From positions 704,908 to 768,907 of the forward strand of contig OZ246417.1 of NCBI GenBank assembly GCA_965231105.1: DNA of 64,000 bases, read 5' to 3'. This document shows positions 61,733 to 64,000 of the stretch, in pieces; within the stretch, counting starts at the first letter, position 1; every line of letters starts with the position of its first letter. The translations under genes were made by a program, and so were the position numbers. The notes below the pieces were generated by a model, which did no database searches, was not told where the DNA came from, and worked only from the letters and a program-made list of their open reading frames with translations. Source of the stretch: an uncultured Candidatus Saccharibacteria bacterium. GTDB taxonomy: Bacteria; Patescibacteriota; Saccharimonadia; Saccharimonadales; JACDBH01.

Positions 61733-62166
61733 GTGACGCCCCTCAGTTTGACCCAAGTACTTTTACAAATAACCCCTATGTAAAACGAGTGGAGAAGCCC
61801 TGGGGATATGAGCTGCATTGGACGCCTGAAAACTTGCCTTACATGGGTAAAATCCTCCATATTAATGCTGGTGCACGGCTTAGCTTGCAAGTACATGATA
61901 TCAAGCAAGAAAGCTGGACTTTATTTAAGGGCGAGGCCAAGGTTATCTGGGAAAATGATAAAGGCGAACTTATAGAAACAGTACTTCAGCCAGGCCAGGG
62001 ATATACGTGCGCGGTGGGGCAGAAACATCGCTTAGCGGGAATAACTGATACGGATATTATCGAGGTATCTACTCCAGAAGTAGGAACTACATGGAGGCTG
62101 GATGATGACTACGCTCGGCCCCATGAGACCCCGGACCAACGCAAGAAAGAGCGTGGCGAACTATAA
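61729..62166 (+). CDS. Cupin-domain protein (type II phosphomannose isomerase C-terminal-like)
   Basis: KPWGYELHW...GKILHINAGARLSLQVHDIKQESWTLFKGEAKV. The H-x-H-type cupin motif is replaced by QVH...E. ATGA overlap with PGI/PMI. Confidence 0.65.
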   Translation: MSDAPQFDPSTFTNNPYVKRVEKPWGYELHWTPENLPYMGKILHINAGARLSLQVHDIKQESWTLFKGEAKVIWENDKGELIETVLQPGQGYTCAVGQKHRLAGITDTDIIEVSTPEVGTTWRLDDDYARPHETPDQRKKERGEL

Positions 62167-62167
62167 G

Positions 62168-63403
62168 TTATTCGTATCGCAATGATTCTATCGGATCTTT
62201 ACGTGCTGCTTTAATGGCAGGTGCGGTACCAAATACAATGCCAATTGCAGCCGCAACGAGTACGGCTATACCAATAATAGGCAAGGTTGCTTCGGGGTGT
62301 AGATTAGTGGTGACCCGCAAAATAAAGTTAGCTGCGAGAGCGGTGATAACTCCCAAGATGCCCCCTACCAGACTCACTACAGAAGATTCAATCAAAAACT
62401 GGCTATATATCTGACGGTTTGTAGCGCCCAAAGATTTGCGTACTCCAATCTCGCGGGTTCGTTCGGTTACAGAAACAAACATAATGTTCATAATACCTAT
62501 ACCTCCCACGATGAGAGAGATAGCTGCAATGCCAGCAATAAAAGAGGTGGCCAGGGAAACTGTCCGACCGGCAAGGGCCAATGTTTCGTCCTGTGTAAGG
62601 ACAGTAAAATCAATTTGTCCCCCATGATTTTCGGTAAGTTTCTGGGTAATTTCTTTAGCAATTTGATCGGTCACACCAGCATCAGCTGGCTTTACGAGAA
62701 TCTGATAAATATTATGATTGTTCTCGGCAATGGTGCGTGCAATGGCATAAGGAATAAAGACGGCATTGTTAAGGTCATTGCCGTTTGTGATGATATTGCT
62801 GTCAAAAGTATCGAACACTCCGGTAACAACAAATTCTTGGCCACGTAGTACCATTATCTGACCAATCGGTACATTCTGTTGAAAGAGTTGTTCTGCAACG
62901 GTCTTCCCAATAATAGCAACATGCCGGCTGCTTTGGCTGGGACTGAAAAAGCTACCATATGAAACCTTCTGCTTAATTGTTTCGGGGAAATCAGGAGTGG
63001 TGCCTACCACAATACTTTCGTGCGTACGACCCTCTTTCGTAGTGGGTAGGGCAGAAATAATGCTCAATGGTACGGCTGCAGTTACATCGGGTGTTTTACT
63101 TGCTACGTGCACGTCTTGCTCAGTTAGAGAATTGGCAGAGATAGCCGCCAGGTAATTTACACGTTCAATAGATCCATCGGGCTTTCGATCTACCAATTTA
63201 CCAGGGCGAATGGTAATAAGATTCTCACCCGTCGTTTTAATATTATTTGCTACTTGCCGACGAAGTCCTTCGCCAAGAGAAACTGCCGTAATGACAGAAG
63301 CGACGCCAATAATAATGCCGAGCATCGTAAGGAAACTTCGCGTTTTATTAACACGAATCGACTGCAGGGCCATACGTGCGTTGCGAGTAAGAAGTAGGGT
63401 CAT
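62168..63403 (-). CDS. MacB-like ABC transporter permease (FtsX domain with large extracytoplasmic loop)
   Basis: N-terminal TM, about 230-aa loop, three C-terminal TMs with ERTREIGVRKSLGAT. Confidence 0.85.
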   Translation of the reverse strand: MTLLLTRNARMALQSIRVNKTRSFLTMLGIIIGVASVITAVSLGEGLRRQVANNIKTTGENLITIRPGKLVDRKPDGSIERVNYLAAISANSLTEQDVHVASKTPDVTAAVPLSIISALPTTKEGRTHESIVVGTTPDFPETIKQKVSYGSFFSPSQSSRHVAIIGKTVAEQLFQQNVPIGQIMVLRGQEFVVTGVFDTFDSNIITNGNDLNNAVFIPYAIARTIAENNHNIYQILVKPADAGVTDQIAKEITQKLTENHGGQIDFTVLTQDETLALAGRTVSLATSFIAGIAAISLIVGGIGIMNIMFVSVTERTREIGVRKSLGATNRQIYSQFLIESSVVSLVGGILGVITALAANFILRVTTNLHPEATLPIIGIAVLVAAAIGIVFGTAPAIKAARKDPIESLRYE

Positions 63404-64000
63404 GAGCGTTTCCTCGAAGTTTTCTTAGTACGAGAGGTCCGCGTTTTTTTCGGAGCTTTTCTCGCCTTTGGCGGTTTTTTATATACGGATTTACGCGAAG
63501 GGGCAGGTTTATCAGGAATCTCCTTCATATATAGTGAAATGCCTTCGAGCTGTTCTTCCTCATCTGTCTTTGGCTTTTCCTGACCACCTCGGCGAGCTCG
63601 TCTTGGTATTTCGCCAATTTTGGTCTGCTCGTCATAAACAATCCCTCCATCATGCATGTAGAGGACGCGGGTGGCGTAGCGAGTTAGTTCTGGATTGTGT
63701 GTAACCATAAGAATCGTGCTTCCAGTTGCATGAAGTTCGGCAAGTATTTCCATAACTACCTTACTCGCAGCACTATCCAAATTGCCTGTTGGTTCGTCCG
63801 CAATAATAAGGCTAGGGCTGTTAACAAGTGCTCGAGCAATTGCTACTCGTTGTGCCTGGCCGCCGCTTAGTGCTTTGGGTAGGAAGTATTCACGATCGCT
63901 CAGACCCACTTGCTCCAGTGCCTGAGAGGCTTGCTTAAGTCTGCGTACATGCGACATACCCCTATAGGCAAGCGGTAGGGCAACATTCTCAATAGCCGTA
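63400..64000 (-). CDS. ABC transporter ATP-binding protein (MacB/LolD type), N-terminus beyond the window; basic C-terminal tail
   Basis: Frame open to the window edge. Signature LSGGQAQR, Walker [14 protein letters not shown]-loop MVTHN. About 65-aa K/R-rich tail ...[30 protein letters not shown] overlap with the permease. Confidence 0.85.
   Translation of the reverse strand, partial: TAIENVALPLAYRGMSHVRRLKQASQALEQVGLSDREYFLPKALSGGQAQRVAIARALVNSPSLIIADEPTGNLDSAASKVVMEILAELHATGSTILMVTHNPELTRYATRVLYMHDGGIVYDEQTKIGEIPRRARRGGQEKPKTDEEEQLEGISLYMKEIPDKPAPSRKSVYKKPPKARKAPKKTRTSRTKKTSRKRS

Overview
Gene-dense (about 90% coding), moderate-GC bacterial chromosome segment covering the replication-origin neighbourhood (rpmH-rnpA-yidC-jag, then dnaA-dnaN-recF). 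Gene content points to a reduced-genome, monoderm-type Patescibacteria/CPR organism, probably Saccharibacteria-like; this is an inference, no search was run. There are four blocks. (1) 1-15574: a tightly overlapping ABC-transporter-dependent surface-glycan locus with Wzm/Wzt, two methyltransferases, about 11 glycosyltransferases including a GT11 fucosyltransferase, and gmd. (2) 15575-21985: origin and core genes, with three DnaA-box-bearing spacers. (3) 21995-37889: the most interesting region, a chromosomal type IV secretion-like locus. It holds a VirB6-like 1070-aa protein, a PrgI/VirB3-like protein, a VirB4 split by one in-frame TAG, a 949-aa orphan protein, an SGNH+GH73-like+M23 wall hydrolase and a VirB8-sized bitopic protein. 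A divergent array of seven VirB2/TrbC-like pilin paralogs carries variable, cysteine-bracketed ectodomains. No coupling protein, relaxase or integrase is visible. (4) 37956-64000: housekeeping and accessory genes (hsp20, comF, spermidine-synthase fusion, four tRNAs with a PD-(D/E)XK endonuclease wedged between two tRNA-Ser genes, valS, tsaD, murE, PMM, CIRCE-controlled groES/groEL, PGI/PMI, MacB-like ABC pair). All calls come from reading the ORF translations and hand-folding or motif-spotting. No HMM, BLAST, GC-skew or tRNAscan run was possible, so family names are motif-level assignments. Start codons were adjusted where an SD/ATG or ATGA-type stop-start overlap was visible.
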